This document shows positions 34,441 through 43,678 of a stretch of DNA of 64,000 bases, in pieces. Made by a program: the position numbers and the translations under genes. This DNA is from Thermomicrobiales bacterium (lineage in GTDB: Bacteria > Chloroflexota > Chloroflexia > Thermomicrobiales > UBA6265), in NCBI GenBank assembly GCA_034431475.1, contig DAOUDE010000074.1, positions 31,348-95,347 on the forward strand. The letters run 5' to 3'. The notes below the pieces were generated by a model, which saw only the letters and a program-made list of their open reading frames with translations, was not told where the DNA came from and ran no database searches. Positions within the stretch are counted from its first letter, which is position 1. The number at the start of each line of letters is the position of its first letter.

Positions 34441-35553
34441 CTACCCTTGACTACCCTCGAGGAACGTTGGCGCCCTTCTGGGAAGAGCAGGCCGCAGCTC
34501 TACCGGAAAATGCACGGGGTCAGATGCGGGGACACGCACACTGGCCGTGGTGTATCGAATCAGCGTCTCCTGCTCGCCAATTTCGACAAACCCACGACGC
34601 GTCAACTCCTCGCCTGCATCGAGCATGTACGATCGCAACGCGCAGTACACCGGCGCTCCACGGTTGCGCTGGGCCACAATGCCATCCAGCACTGCGCCAA
34701 ACTGCGCGCGATCCTCCGGGGCAAAGACCGCCTCGACCATCTGGGCCCGGGGCCCACGGCTAAATCGGGCGAACGCGCGAATCAGACCCTCCTCCTCGAT
34801 CAACCAGCCAGATTGCCGAATGCTGCGCCGGTTCTTCCGGCGCTCGTCGTGATGCCACACGTGACTCGTTAGAGCATCGATCTCCTGAATTTGCCGCGGC
34901 ACCGCCGCCGTATACAACTGGTGAATGCCCCACGCGTCGGCCGGTTCCTGCTGCCGCAATTCCCGGCCCGGTCGCCCCAGCGCATTCATCCGCTCTGCGC
35001 GAAAGATCGTCTCTCGCGAGTAGGCCTGCCAGCCAGTCCGTTTCATGGCGTCCAACAAGCCGTGGCCCACAGGCACCCTCGCGTAGAGCCGGCGCACCCC
35101 ACGCAATCCCGCTGAACGCACACCGTGTTCCAGGAGGCCCTCCCAGACTGGTTCCGGGGAATACACACCGGTAGACGCCGCAATCGAGGTCGCGACCCAC
35201 CGGCCGTCTGGCCCCTTCGGCGAAAACCGCACAAAGCCCACAGGCTGCCCGGCGGCAAGCGCCACGTACGTCGGCCGATCCCGGCGCAACACCGGCAACG
35301 CTGCCTGGAGATCAACAAACTCCGCCTGGCTCGTCAGGAGCGAATCCGGAACGTCCAGGCGCAGTCTGCCCGGCATGCGGACCAGCGACGGTATGTCAGA
35401 CAGTCCGAATGACCGCACGCGCAACGACGCCGGCTCCGAAACGGAACTGCTCAGGCTGACTTGTGCTTGAGTTGACAAGCTAAATGAGGCAAGAGGCAAC
35501 TGCGCGGAGTCGGGATCGTCGACATGAAGGACAGCGGTATGCAGCGTCTTCAT
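34441..35553 (-). CDS. hypothetical protein, possibly a tandem GNAT-like fold
   Basis: 370 aa, high GC3. Weak acetyltransferase-like segments ([15 protein letters not shown]..., [24 protein letters not shown]). No firm motif. Confidence 0.45.
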   Translation of the reverse strand: MKTLHTAVLHVDDPDSAQLPLASFSLSTQAQVSLSSSVSEPASLRVRSFGLSDIPSLVRMPGRLRLDVPDSLLTSQAEFVDLQAALPVLRRDRPTYVALAAGQPVGFVRFSPKGPDGRWVATSIAASTGVYSPEPVWEGLLEHGVRSAGLRGVRRLYARVPVGHGLLDAMKRTGWQAYSRETIFRAERMNALGRPGRELRQQEPADAWGIHQLYTAAVPRQIQEIDALTSHVWHHDERRKNRRSIRQSGWLIEEEGLIRAFARFSRGPRAQMVEAVFAPEDRAQFGAVLDGIVAQRNRGAPVYCALRSYMLDAGEELTRRGFVEIGEQETLIRYTTASVRVPASDPVHFPVELRPALPRRAPTFLEGSQG

Positions 35554-35615
35554 TCGTCCCTGAGTATAGCACCCAGCATGGCTTGCCCCACCATCTCGAT
35601 CCTCGCCGCCGTCAG

Positions 35616-36227
35616 TTACAGCACGCGCCGGCCCAATAACGCGCGGCCCAAAGTGACCTCATCCGCATACTCCAGGTCACCTCCGGCCGGCAGCCCGCTG
35701 GCGGGCCGCGTCACCGTCACGCCCAGCGGCGTGAGCAGGCGGTGCAGATAGGTCGCAGTAGCTTCGCCCGGTAAGTCGAGATTGGTTGCCACAATCACTT
35801 CGTCCGGTTTCTGCCGCTCCACTCGCTCGATAAGCTCCCGGATTTTCAGCTTGTCGGGGCCAATCCCCTCTACAGGAGACACCGCACCGTGCAAAACGTG
35901 ATATCGGCCGCGAAACTGGCCCGTTCGCTCCAGGGCGACCACGTCCAGGGGCTCTTCCACGACGCAAATAGCGTCGTCACGCGCCGCATCGCTACAGATC
36001 GCGCATGGGTCGGATTCCGTGGTGTTGAAACACACTGAGCAGAGCCGGACCCGCTCCTTGACGTCGAGGATCGCCTCGGCGAGCGCGACGGCCTCTTCGT
36101 TTGACGTGCGCAGCAGGTGATACGCCAGGCGCGACGCTGACTTCGGACCGATCCCCGGCAATCGCGCGAGTTCGTTGATGAGCCTTGCCACCGGCTGCGC
36201 CGTGGCCGCACCGTGCGAAATCGACAT
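35616..36227 (-). CDS. recR: recombination protein RecR
   Basis: 203 aa; [20 protein letters not shown] HhH, C4 zinc finger [16 protein letters not shown], Toprim [14 protein letters not shown]. Confidence 0.96.
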   Translation of the reverse strand: MSISHGAATAQPVARLINELARLPGIGPKSASRLAYHLLRTSNEEAVALAEAILDVKERVRLCSVCFNTTESDPCAICSDAARDDAICVVEEPLDVVALERTGQFRGRYHVLHGAVSPVEGIGPDKLKIRELIERVERQKPDEVIVATNLDLPGEATATYLHRLLTPLGVTVTRPASGLPAGGDLEYADEVTLGRALLGRRVL

Positions 36228-36306
36228 ACCTTCCGAGCCTCAGTCCGCGAACCCAGCTCGCTCTGCCGGTTCTGGCTGCAAGTCTAGCACGGATGATCGC
36301 AAAATG

Positions 36307-38703
36307 TTATGTCCCGTAGTCCTCGGCCAGGAGCACGGGACGTCCCCGTATGCCGTCGGCCGCACCAATGATCCCCTCATCTTCCATGCGCTCGATCAGC
36401 CGTGCGGCACGGTTGTATCCCACCCGCAGCCGTCGTTGCAGCATCGATGCCGACGCCGTCCCCTGCTGCCGCACAATCGCGAGCGCCTGATCGAAGAGCG
36501 GATCATCATCAGCGTCGAGGGCGTCGTCTCCACCACTACTACTGCCACCAGCAGCCGGCAGATCAAGCCATTCCTCGGCGAAGCGCGGCACGGGCGCATG
36601 CTTGTGCCAGTGTTCCACGATGGCTTGCACGTCCTTGTCCTCGATGAACGCGCCCTGGATGCGCTGTGGCTTGGCGGCGTCTGGCGGCAGGAAGAGCATG
36701 TCGCCCCGGCCCAGCAGCCGCTCCGCCCCTGGCATGTCGAGAATGACGCGGCTGTCGGTCAGCGATGAAACCGCGAAGGCAATGCGCGAGGGCACGTTCG
36801 CCTTGATCAGGCCGGTCAGTACATCGACAGACGGGCGCTGTGTGGCAATGATGAGGTGAATCCCAGTCGCGCGCGCCATCTGCGCCAGGCGCACGAGCAG
36901 CGTCTCGACATCGTCCGGCGCCGTCATCATCAGGTCGGCCAGCTCATCGATGATCACCACCAGGTACGGAAGGTTCTCCGCGCCGGGTTCCTCAGCCACC
37001 TTCAGCCGGTATCCGTCGAGGTTACGTACACCCAGTTTCGAGAAAAGCGTGTAGCGACGCTCCATCTCGCGCAGGGTCAGCCGCAGCGCGCCCACGACCT
37101 TGTCCATTTCGGTCACGACGGGCGTCTGCAGGTGCGGCACACCGTTGTAGCCGGTAAGTTCGACCATCTTCGGGTCGATCATCAGCAGCTTCAACTCATC
37201 CGGGGACCGCGTGGCGATGAACGTCGAGATGATGCCATTCAGGCAGACGCTCTTCCCCGCTCCGGTGGCGCCGGCGATGAGCAGGTGCGGCATCCTGGTC
37301 AGGTCGCCGACCACATAGCGCCCGTTGACATCCCGCCCAAGCGGAATCGGCAGCTTGTGCTTGCCCTTGCCAAAGGTCGACGACTCCAGTGTTTCGCGCA
37401 GGCCAACGGTCGCAATCTGCGCGTTCGGCGTCTCCAGTCCGACGCGAGCGTAACCGGGAATCGGCGCTTCGATCCGGATGCTGGGAGCTGCCAGGGCCAG
37501 CGCCAGGTCACTCTGGAGTGCGGTGATCCGGCTGACCTTCACGCCGTTCCCCGGCTCCAGTGCAAACTGCGTCACTGCTGGTCCAGGGTTGATTTCCCGC
37601 ACCCACGCTTCAACCTTGAAGCTGGCCAACGTCTCCTCGATGAGCCGCGCCTTGAGCTGCAGATCGGCCGTGTCAGGCGTGACGTCGTCGTAATACGAGA
37701 GCATCGAAATATCGGGCAAAGGCAGCGGTGTGGCCCGCACGGTGCCTTTGCCCGGATCAGCAACCGGTTGCTGTAGCTTGCGGGGCGGCACATTGATGAC
37801 CAGCGGTTGAACCGGCTTTGGCTTGACTTCAGGCGCCTTCGCAGGCGGCACTGGTGCTCGTGCAGGTAGTTCGGCGTTAACCTCTACCTTGCCGGGTCCT
37901 TCGGCCAGCACAGCCCGTTCGGAACCGCTCACGCGCAGGGTGTTGCGCGCAACAACAGCTGCAGGAGGGGGCTGTGACGCTTGCCCTCCCTTGCCTGACA
38001 CGGCAGACGACCGCGATGCGTTCTGCTCGTACCTCCGCACCGCAGCGGCGAAGTTCCGCATCACTGAGGCGACGGCGGCGGTCACCATCACCATTCCGGT
38101 CCAGAGAACGACGAAGAGGTCGCGCACGTCGTTGCTGAAGGTCTGAAGATCACTCCCGGCAAGCAGGAAGATGCCCATGACGCCTATGGCGAAGAGGACG
38201 AGTCCCGCGCCGAACGGGCCCAGAATGCGGTGGGAGAGCGTTGCGACGGACATCCCGAGTGCGCCACCCGGCGCTGCGGCAAGCGTGCGGTCCCCCAGGT
38301 GCAGCAGCCCCGCCACCGCCACCGCGAAGGCAAAGCCGCCCAGGTAGTGCCGCGCCTCCAGGATGCGCCCGCTTTGACCACCGAACGCCCGCAATGATGC
38401 CAGTGCCAACAGCAGCGGCACCATCAGCGCGCTCTTGCCGAATGACCGCTGCAGGTTGTCGCCCCACCAGGCGACAAACCGGCCCTCGTCACCGCCCCGG
38501 CCAATGACGTACGCGCTGAGCATGGCCAACAGCACCAGCACCACGCCCACCATCTCCCGGCGGAAGCGTGGCGTCCCGATAAGGTCTGGGGGAGATGCGC
38601 GGAAGCCACGCCAGATCGCCAGCAGGCGCTGGGTCACGCCGCCAGGAAACCTTGTCCCGCGTTGAACGGCAGATGGGCCGCGTCTGCGTGCGGTCGTTGC
38701 CAT
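36307..38703 (-). CDS. ftsK: DNA translocase FtsK/SpoIIIE
   Basis: 798 aa; N-terminal TM helices, Pro-rich linker, motor domain (HLLIAGATGAGKSV, VVIIDELADLMM), C-terminal gamma wHTH (ASASMLQRRLRVGYNRAARLIE). Confidence 0.96.
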   Translation of the reverse strand: MATTARRRGPSAVQRGTRFPGGVTQRLLAIWRGFRASPPDLIGTPRFRREMVGVVLVLLAMLSAYVIGRGGDEGRFVAWWGDNLQRSFGKSALMVPLLLALASLRAFGGQSGRILEARHYLGGFAFAVAVAGLLHLGDRTLAAAPGGALGMSVATLSHRILGPFGAGLVLFAIGVMGIFLLAGSDLQTFSNDVRDLFVVLWTGMVMVTAAVASVMRNFAAAVRRYEQNASRSSAVSGKGGQASQPPPAAVVARNTLRVSGSERAVLAEGPGKVEVNAELPARAPVPPAKAPEVKPKPVQPLVINVPPRKLQQPVADPGKGTVRATPLPLPDISMLSYYDDVTPDTADLQLKARLIEETLASFKVEAWVREINPGPAVTQFALEPGNGVKVSRITALQSDLALALAAPSIRIEAPIPGYARVGLETPNAQIATVGLRETLESSTFGKGKHKLPIPLGRDVNGRYVVGDLTRMPHLLIAGATGAGKSVCLNGIISTFIATRSPDELKLLMIDPKMVELTGYNGVPHLQTPVVTEMDKVVGALRLTLREMERRYTLFSKLGVRNLDGYRLKVAEEPGAENLPYLVVIIDELADLMMTAPDDVETLLVRLAQMARATGIHLIIATQRPSVDVLTGLIKANVPSRIAFAVSSLTDSRVILDMPGAERLLGRGDMLFLPPDAAKPQRIQGAFIEDKDVQAIVEHWHKHAPVPRFAEEWLDLPAAGGSSSGGDDALDADDDPLFDQALAIVRQQGTASASMLQRRLRVGYNRAARLIERMEDEGIIGAADGIRGRPVLLAEDYGT

Positions 38704-38838
38704 AGACCAGGCATGCCTCTCGGGACCTAACCGGATCGAGCCTGCGCGGGATCAGCACGGACCGGAATGTACGTTCACTGTGTACGAGTATACACCGGGC
38801 GGTCGAGAGGTGCGTGATATGACAAATGACAACGTGAA

Positions 38839-38866
38839 GCGGGGCAGGCGCCGACGCCTGCCCCGC
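38839..38866 (-). terminator. hairpin downstream of the secreted-protein gene
   Basis: GCGGGGCAGGCG-CCGA-CGCCTGCCCCGC, 27 nt after the stop; weak T tract. Confidence 0.55.
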
Positions 38867-38892
38867 CTGGAAGAATGAAACTACCGCAAGGT

Positions 38893-39900
38893 TTACGAGG
38901 TGGGCCCGAAGACAAACCTGGTGCTGGCGTTGCCGGAGCCGAAGGTCACGGAACCAACGTTACCGGTGAATCCATCCGGGTACGGCTCACCCACCCGAAT
39001 CCCGAGAAACGCATCGGTGACACGAATCCGCACTTGCGGATACTGCGCAAGGATGGCGTCCCAGGTCTTCTCTGTGTCGCTAGGCAGGTTGTCGTCCGGC
39101 CACAGTCCTCCAGAGAGGACCCACAGTGCGTCGCCGTTGCCGATCGCGTCCCATTCCTGCCACTTGTCCTCCTTCACCGAACCGTTGCTCTGGGGAACGA
39201 AGACCAGGCGCCGCTGCCAGGTATCGGTCCCGTTGAAGTCCACGTTGAAATGAAGGTAACCCGATGCATTCGGTCCCTGGTTGTTCGTCGCGGAGGCGTT
39301 GTACGTCGTGAACTTCAGTTGGCTGATGTCGGCCAACTTGACCCCGGCGAACTGGTAGGTGGCGATGTTCCTGCGCTGCTGTCCGGTAACCGTCATCTCG
39401 ACGCTTCCGCTGCCATACGGCGGATTGCCAGGACCCGTCACGAACTCGAGGAGAGAGTCATCCTTTTCGTCGGTCTCATCGTTGTATCCGAACCAATCAT
39501 TCATGCTGCCTGGACCAACCTGGACATCACAGGTCTTTCCGTCGGGGCAACTGCAAGTTCCATTGGTGCAGGTCTGGCCACCGCCACATGCGGTGCCGTC
39601 GGCAACGTTCGAGGTCACGCATGTGTTGCTCTCGCAAGAGACTGCCAGGCAAGGGTTCGTCGGCGTCGCGCAGACCTTGCCGTTGTCGTTGCACTCCTGG
39701 TTCTTTTCCTTCTTCTTCTGCTTGCGCTTCTGCTTTTGCTTACGCTTCTTCTTCTTGCTCTTGTCGGCCTCGGCGTCGAGGCCCAGCCCGATGCCGACCC
39801 CGGCAGCCCCAAGCACTGCCGCCAGTCCTTGAACCAGCGACCGGCGCGTCGGTGCGTTGGCGCGCTCGCGCACGAACTGATCGAATTCCCGGTCTTCCAT
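38893..39900 (-). CDS. Tat-signal secreted protein: poly-Lys tract, Cys-rich module, unknown C-terminal domain
   Basis: 335 aa; strong RBS GGAGG 6 nt before the ATG. PTRRSLVQGLAAVLGAAGVG twin-arginine signal, DKSKKKKRKQKQKRKQKKKEKNQE, then 12 Cys in about 60 aa (DGTACGGGQTCTNGTCSC). Confidence 0.7.
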   Translation of the reverse strand: MEDREFDQFVRERANAPTRRSLVQGLAAVLGAAGVGIGLGLDAEADKSKKKKRKQKQKRKQKKKEKNQECNDNGKVCATPTNPCLAVSCESNTCVTSNVADGTACGGGQTCTNGTCSCPDGKTCDVQVGPGSMNDWFGYNDETDEKDDSLLEFVTGPGNPPYGSGSVEMTVTGQQRRNIATYQFAGVKLADISQLKFTTYNASATNNQGPNASGYLHFNVDFNGTDTWQRRLVFVPQSNGSVKEDKWQEWDAIGNGDALWVLSGGLWPDDNLPSDTEKTWDAILAQYPQVRIRVTDAFLGIRVGEPYPDGFTGNVGSVTFGSGNASTRFVFGPTS

Positions 39901-40334
39901 TGAGTGCCTCCGTTGATTTGCTTGATTAACTCGATCGCGGACGAATGATTTCTGCGATCGGGGTGGTGGGTTCGGCTCCTCCTGCCACGCCGATGTCTCT
40001 GGTTCCGGTCTTCCAGCGCCCTGGCGGAACGGGCCTGTCTCCGAGTTCCTGTCGAGACTTCACGGCGCAGCACAACGTTCTGAAAACGTGGGTGCGTGCC
40101 GCTCCCGGGCGACGGTCAGCGGCCCATCGTCAGGAGCGGTCTCTCAATCCGGTTATCCAGTGCTGGCATTGCTCCTCGCCAACCACGTCGTTGGCTAGAA
40201 AACCGCGCCTGGTCTTCAGTGCGGCACGAACTCATTACGTTCTCGCAGGACCGACACCTGGGGGACGCGCCGTGCGGAGAGTCCGCCACCTCACCGCAGC
40301 GGGCGTGCCTGGGTCGTTACCCGGAACTAAGAGG

Positions 40335-40363
40335 AATCTACTGATGGGGTACATATCTGTCAA
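40335..40363 (-). promoter_or_regulatory. sigma-70 type promoter pointing at the secreted-protein gene across a leader of about 430 nt
   Basis: Minus strand TTGACA (40363-40358), 17 nt, TAGATT (40340-35). Confidence 0.45.
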
Positions 40364-40799
40364 ATTGAATGGATAATGAACATGCGTGCTAGTTGTTTAG
40401 GATTTGGTCATTTTGTATCGCACCGGGATATGTCCACGAGGCTTCTGCATCAGGATTTGCAGGAATTTTCGGCAAATCTTTCAGGAGGTTCGACGACAGA
40501 TTCGCAAATGCATGGGAAAACGTGAAGAATTGATAAATATTGACCGGGAACAGTGAGCGACCAATTTTTCAAGAAGACCCTTGGTGAAAGAAATCAGCAC
40601 ATTACACGCGCGGTCTCTGACGCCCGACCCAGGGCACCGGTTCAACGTTCAGGGAGTACCCGCCTGCCCAAGTCGCATGCTCTGCGCCGCGACGGCCTCA
40701 GCCGGATCGCTCGGCAGGCGCTGAAAACACGAGCATCACTGCGGGCACGGACTCCCAGTTGTGCGCAACGGCTGTGTTGAACGGTGGCGAAGGCATCGC

Positions 40800-42104
40800 C
40801 TACGACATCGCGACCGCACCCTTTAGTGCGTCGTCCAGCAATCTCCCCTTCGGCTGGGCCGTGAGGAGCCGGGCGATCTTCTTGAGCTTGTCTTTCTTCG
40901 GTGTGCCGTCCACGCGCAGATACTCTTCCGCCATGCTGGAGAGCATGTGCGGGTAGTCGCGCAGGAGATGTGGCCGGGCGTGAGCGAACTCGGTCACATT
41001 GCGGATTTTGTGCAAATCCTTCATCACCACGCTGTCATCCAGCAGTTCGCGGTAGCGGCTCAGTTGCATGGCCGAGAAATCGCCGACCGATCTGGCCTCC
41101 ACAATGGCCTGTCCTGCCAACTGCCCAGACAGCATCGCCAGGTTCGCGCCCTCCCGGTTCAGCGGGTTGACGAGCTGGGCTGCGTCCCCCACCACGACGG
41201 CGCCGTCCGTGAAGAGTCGCGGCAGGCGGTGGTATCCACCCTCGGGGATGAGGTGCGCCGAGTACTCCAGTGTCTCGCCGCCGGCAATCAGCGGCGCGAT
41301 CGCCGGGTGCTGCTTGAAGCGGTCAAGCATGTCATTGACGTTGAGCCCGGTGGCAATCAGGTCCTCGAGCAGTGCACCGGTCCCGATCGAGAGGCTTTCC
41401 TTGTTTGTGTAGATGAAGCCATAGCCCAGCAGGCTGGCCGTCGATTCGCCAAAGATTTCCAGTGCTGTTCCCATGCCTTCGGGCAACCCGAACCGGGCCT
41501 CGATGACATCGGCGGGCAGCGCGATCAACTCCTTGGCGACCAGTGCCTGTTCGATCGGCTCCCACTCCTGGTGCATCCCCAGGCGTTGCGCCAGCAGCGA
41601 GTTTGCGCCGTCAGCGATGACCACACAGTGCGCCAGCAACTCACCCTCTTCGTCGCCGGTCGTTACCCCCACCACGGCGCCGTCTTCCCAGAGCAGGTCC
41701 ACGACCGTGAACTCCGGGTAGACCTCCGCACCGGCAAGCTCAGCGGTGCTGGCAAACCACTGGTCGAACGGCGAACGCAGTACCGAGTACGCATTGAATG
41801 GCGGCGTGGCCAACTTCTGGGAGCGATACGTTGCACCCATCATCGCGTCAGTCGTCAGGAACATATACCGCTGCTCGATGATGGGGCGCTCCAGCGGCGC
41901 TTCATCCTCGAATCCCGGAGACATAGCCTCCGTTGGCTCCCGGTACAGAATCCCGCCCCAGACATTTTTGGCGCCGGGAAATGCGCCTCGCTCCAGCACC
42001 ACCACGCTCAGACCGGCCGCCGCCATGGTCTTCGCGGCGGCTATCCCGGCCGGCCCAGCGCCGACCACGATGGCGTCAAACCGTTCATCATCCATCTCGC
42101 GCAC
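40800..42104 (-). CDS. fixC: FAD-dependent oxidoreductase, FixC / ETF-quinone oxidoreductase-like
   Basis: 434 aa; FDAIVVGAGPAGIAAAKTMAAAGLSVVVLERG dinucleotide fold; FixC-like length and C-terminus. Confidence 0.85.
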   Translation of the reverse strand: MREMDDERFDAIVVGAGPAGIAAAKTMAAAGLSVVVLERGAFPGAKNVWGGILYREPTEAMSPGFEDEAPLERPIIEQRYMFLTTDAMMGATYRSQKLATPPFNAYSVLRSPFDQWFASTAELAGAEVYPEFTVVDLLWEDGAVVGVTTGDEEGELLAHCVVIADGANSLLAQRLGMHQEWEPIEQALVAKELIALPADVIEARFGLPEGMGTALEIFGESTASLLGYGFIYTNKESLSIGTGALLEDLIATGLNVNDMLDRFKQHPAIAPLIAGGETLEYSAHLIPEGGYHRLPRLFTDGAVVVGDAAQLVNPLNREGANLAMLSGQLAGQAIVEARSVGDFSAMQLSRYRELLDDSVVMKDLHKIRNVTEFAHARPHLLRDYPHMLSSMAEEYLRVDGTPKKDKLKKIARLLTAQPKGRLLDDALKGAVAMS

Positions 42105-42240
42105 CTCCCGCGCCGCCCGTGAGCGCGAGCCCGTTCCGGCCGAAATCCCGCACCGGGGTTCCCGCTATACTCCGCTCTGCTTTATTGAGGATACGGCACA
42201 TCCGTTGATTGCCGTGGCAGGCAAAGGGGCCACCCCGTCT

Positions 42241-43464
42241 ATGGATTTTTCGCTGACGCCGGAGCAGGTGCACCTGCGCGACACCGTCCGTGAATTCGCC
42301 GCGCGCGAAGTCGCCCCGTACATTCGGGAGTGGGATGCCAACGGCGCGTTTCACCCGGAGATTCTCTACCGGATGGGCGAACTTGGCCTGCTGGGCCTGC
42401 CTATCCCGGAGGAGTACGGCGGGGCTGGCATGGACTACGTGGCGTTCGCGCTCGCGTGCGAAGAGCTGGAGTACGTCGATACGTTCATGCGGGTCGCCAT
42501 GAGTGTCCACGTCGGCCTGAACAGCCTCGCGCTCCTGCAGTGGGGCAGTGAGGACCAGAAGCAGCGCTTCCTCGTGCCACAGGCGCAAGGCGACAAGCTG
42601 GGCACCTTTGGGTTGACCGAACCGAACGCCGGCTCCGATGCCGGCTCCATCGAATCCACTTACGTGCAGGATAGAGACAGCTACGTCCTGAACGGCAGCA
42701 AGATGTGGATTTCCCTGGCGGATATCGCCGATCACTTCCTCGTCTTCGCCTCGTACGACCGCAGCCTCAAGCACAATGGCCTCACGGCGTTCATCGTCGA
42801 GCGCGGGATGGAAGGCTTCACGACCGGCACGATCAAGGGCAAACTGGGCGTGCGTGCCGGGAACACCGGCGAGCTCGCCTTCAACAACGTCCGGATACCA
42901 CTTGAAAACCGCGTCGGCGAAGAGGGCGAAGGCTTCAAGATCGCCATGAGCTGCATCGACCAGGGCCGCTTCACGGTGGGCGCTGGCGCCGTCGGCCTGA
43001 TCCGCGCCTGCCTCGATGCCAGCGTCAAGTACGCCAACGAGCGCTACGCGTTCGGCGGGGAAATCGGCCGCTTCGAGCTCGTCAAGCAGATGATCGCGAA
43101 GATGGTCGCCAACGAAGCGGCGTCGCGGTTGTTGACCATGCAGGCGGCCGAATTGAAGAACCGTGGCATCCGCAACACGCGCGAGACCTCGCTCATGAAG
43201 TGGTACAGCTGCGATGCTGCGCTGGAGGCCGCCAACGACGCTATCCAGATCCACGGATCCTACGGCTACTCGAATGAGTACCCGGTCGAGCGCTTCTGGC
43301 GAAACTCGCGCGGCGCGGTGATCTACGAAGGTACGCGCGAGATTCACACGATCCTGCAGGCCGACTATGCGCTCGGCTACCGCCAGGACAAGCCGCTGCG
43401 CTGCCCTCAGCCACCGGCCGCAGGCTTCGAGGCAGAGGAACGCCTGGCGACCGCCTCCCGGTAG
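42241..43464 (+). CDS. acyl-CoA dehydrogenase
   Basis: ORF trimmed to MDFSLTPEQVHLRDTVREFA (ATG 42241). GLTEPNAGSD, and a catalytic-base region YEGTREIH near the C-terminus. Confidence 0.95.
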   Translation: MDFSLTPEQVHLRDTVREFAAREVAPYIREWDANGAFHPEILYRMGELGLLGLPIPEEYGGAGMDYVAFALACEELEYVDTFMRVAMSVHVGLNSLALLQWGSEDQKQRFLVPQAQGDKLGTFGLTEPNAGSDAGSIESTYVQDRDSYVLNGSKMWISLADIADHFLVFASYDRSLKHNGLTAFIVERGMEGFTTGTIKGKLGVRAGNTGELAFNNVRIPLENRVGEEGEGFKIAMSCIDQGRFTVGAGAVGLIRACLDASVKYANERYAFGGEIGRFELVKQMIAKMVANEAASRLLTMQAAELKNRGIRNTRETSLMKWYSCDAALEAANDAIQIHGSYGYSNEYPVERFWRNSRGAVIYEGTREIHTILQADYALGYRQDKPLRCPQPPAAGFEAEERLATASR

Positions 43465-43491
43465 GTGGCGACGTCTCCCGCATCCAATTCG

Positions 43492-43522
43492 GACCTGGCG
43501 GCGCGTCGTGCGCCGCCAGGTC
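43492..43522 (+). terminator. 13-bp perfect intercistronic hairpin (attenuator or RNA-stability element; no T tract)
   Basis: GACCTGGCGGCGC-GTCGT-GCGCCGCCAGGTC, 28 nt after the acyl-CoA dehydrogenase stop. Confidence 0.4.
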
Positions 43523-43678
43523 TGTAGGCCACATTCTCCCCGCCAACCACACAATCACCATCGACAGCGGCACTCCGTGGGCCGTTCGCGGTAGCATCGA
43601 CGCGCGCCGCACGGAAGCGACGCCTCGGGCAGCGGATGCGGCGTACACCGTGCGCCGCCAGACAAGGCTTGGTCACAC

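Noticed and set aside
33111-34763. Long antisense ORFs (for example 579..1820, 12061..13008, 33111..34763, 40947..42122, 42088..43554, 43763..44926, 52028..53194, 62679..63686)
   Set aside because: These are typical high-GC shadow ORFs. They are Arg/Pro/Gly/His-rich and lie opposite genes with clear family motifs.
40131-40185. TPP riboswitch-like words (AAUGCCAGC, CUGGAUAA, UUGAGAG) on the minus strand
   Set aside because: The blocks occur in the wrong order relative to the TPP aptamer, and the GGGGUGC / ACCC elements are absent.
40228-40242. Third LexA box (GAAC...GTTC) in the gap
   Set aside because: The spacer is 7 nt, not 4. It does not fit the Cheo-type operator.
39945-40376. 143-aa plus-strand ORF, and the 75-aa ORF 40553..40780, in the gene-free gap
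   Set aside because: Arg/Ser/Pro-rich composition with no RBS and codon third positions not GC-enriched. These look like chance ORFs.
40600-40799. fixX-like ferredoxin gene downstream of fixC
   Set aside because: All three minus-strand frames were translated by hand. They give only short ORFs without Cys clusters.
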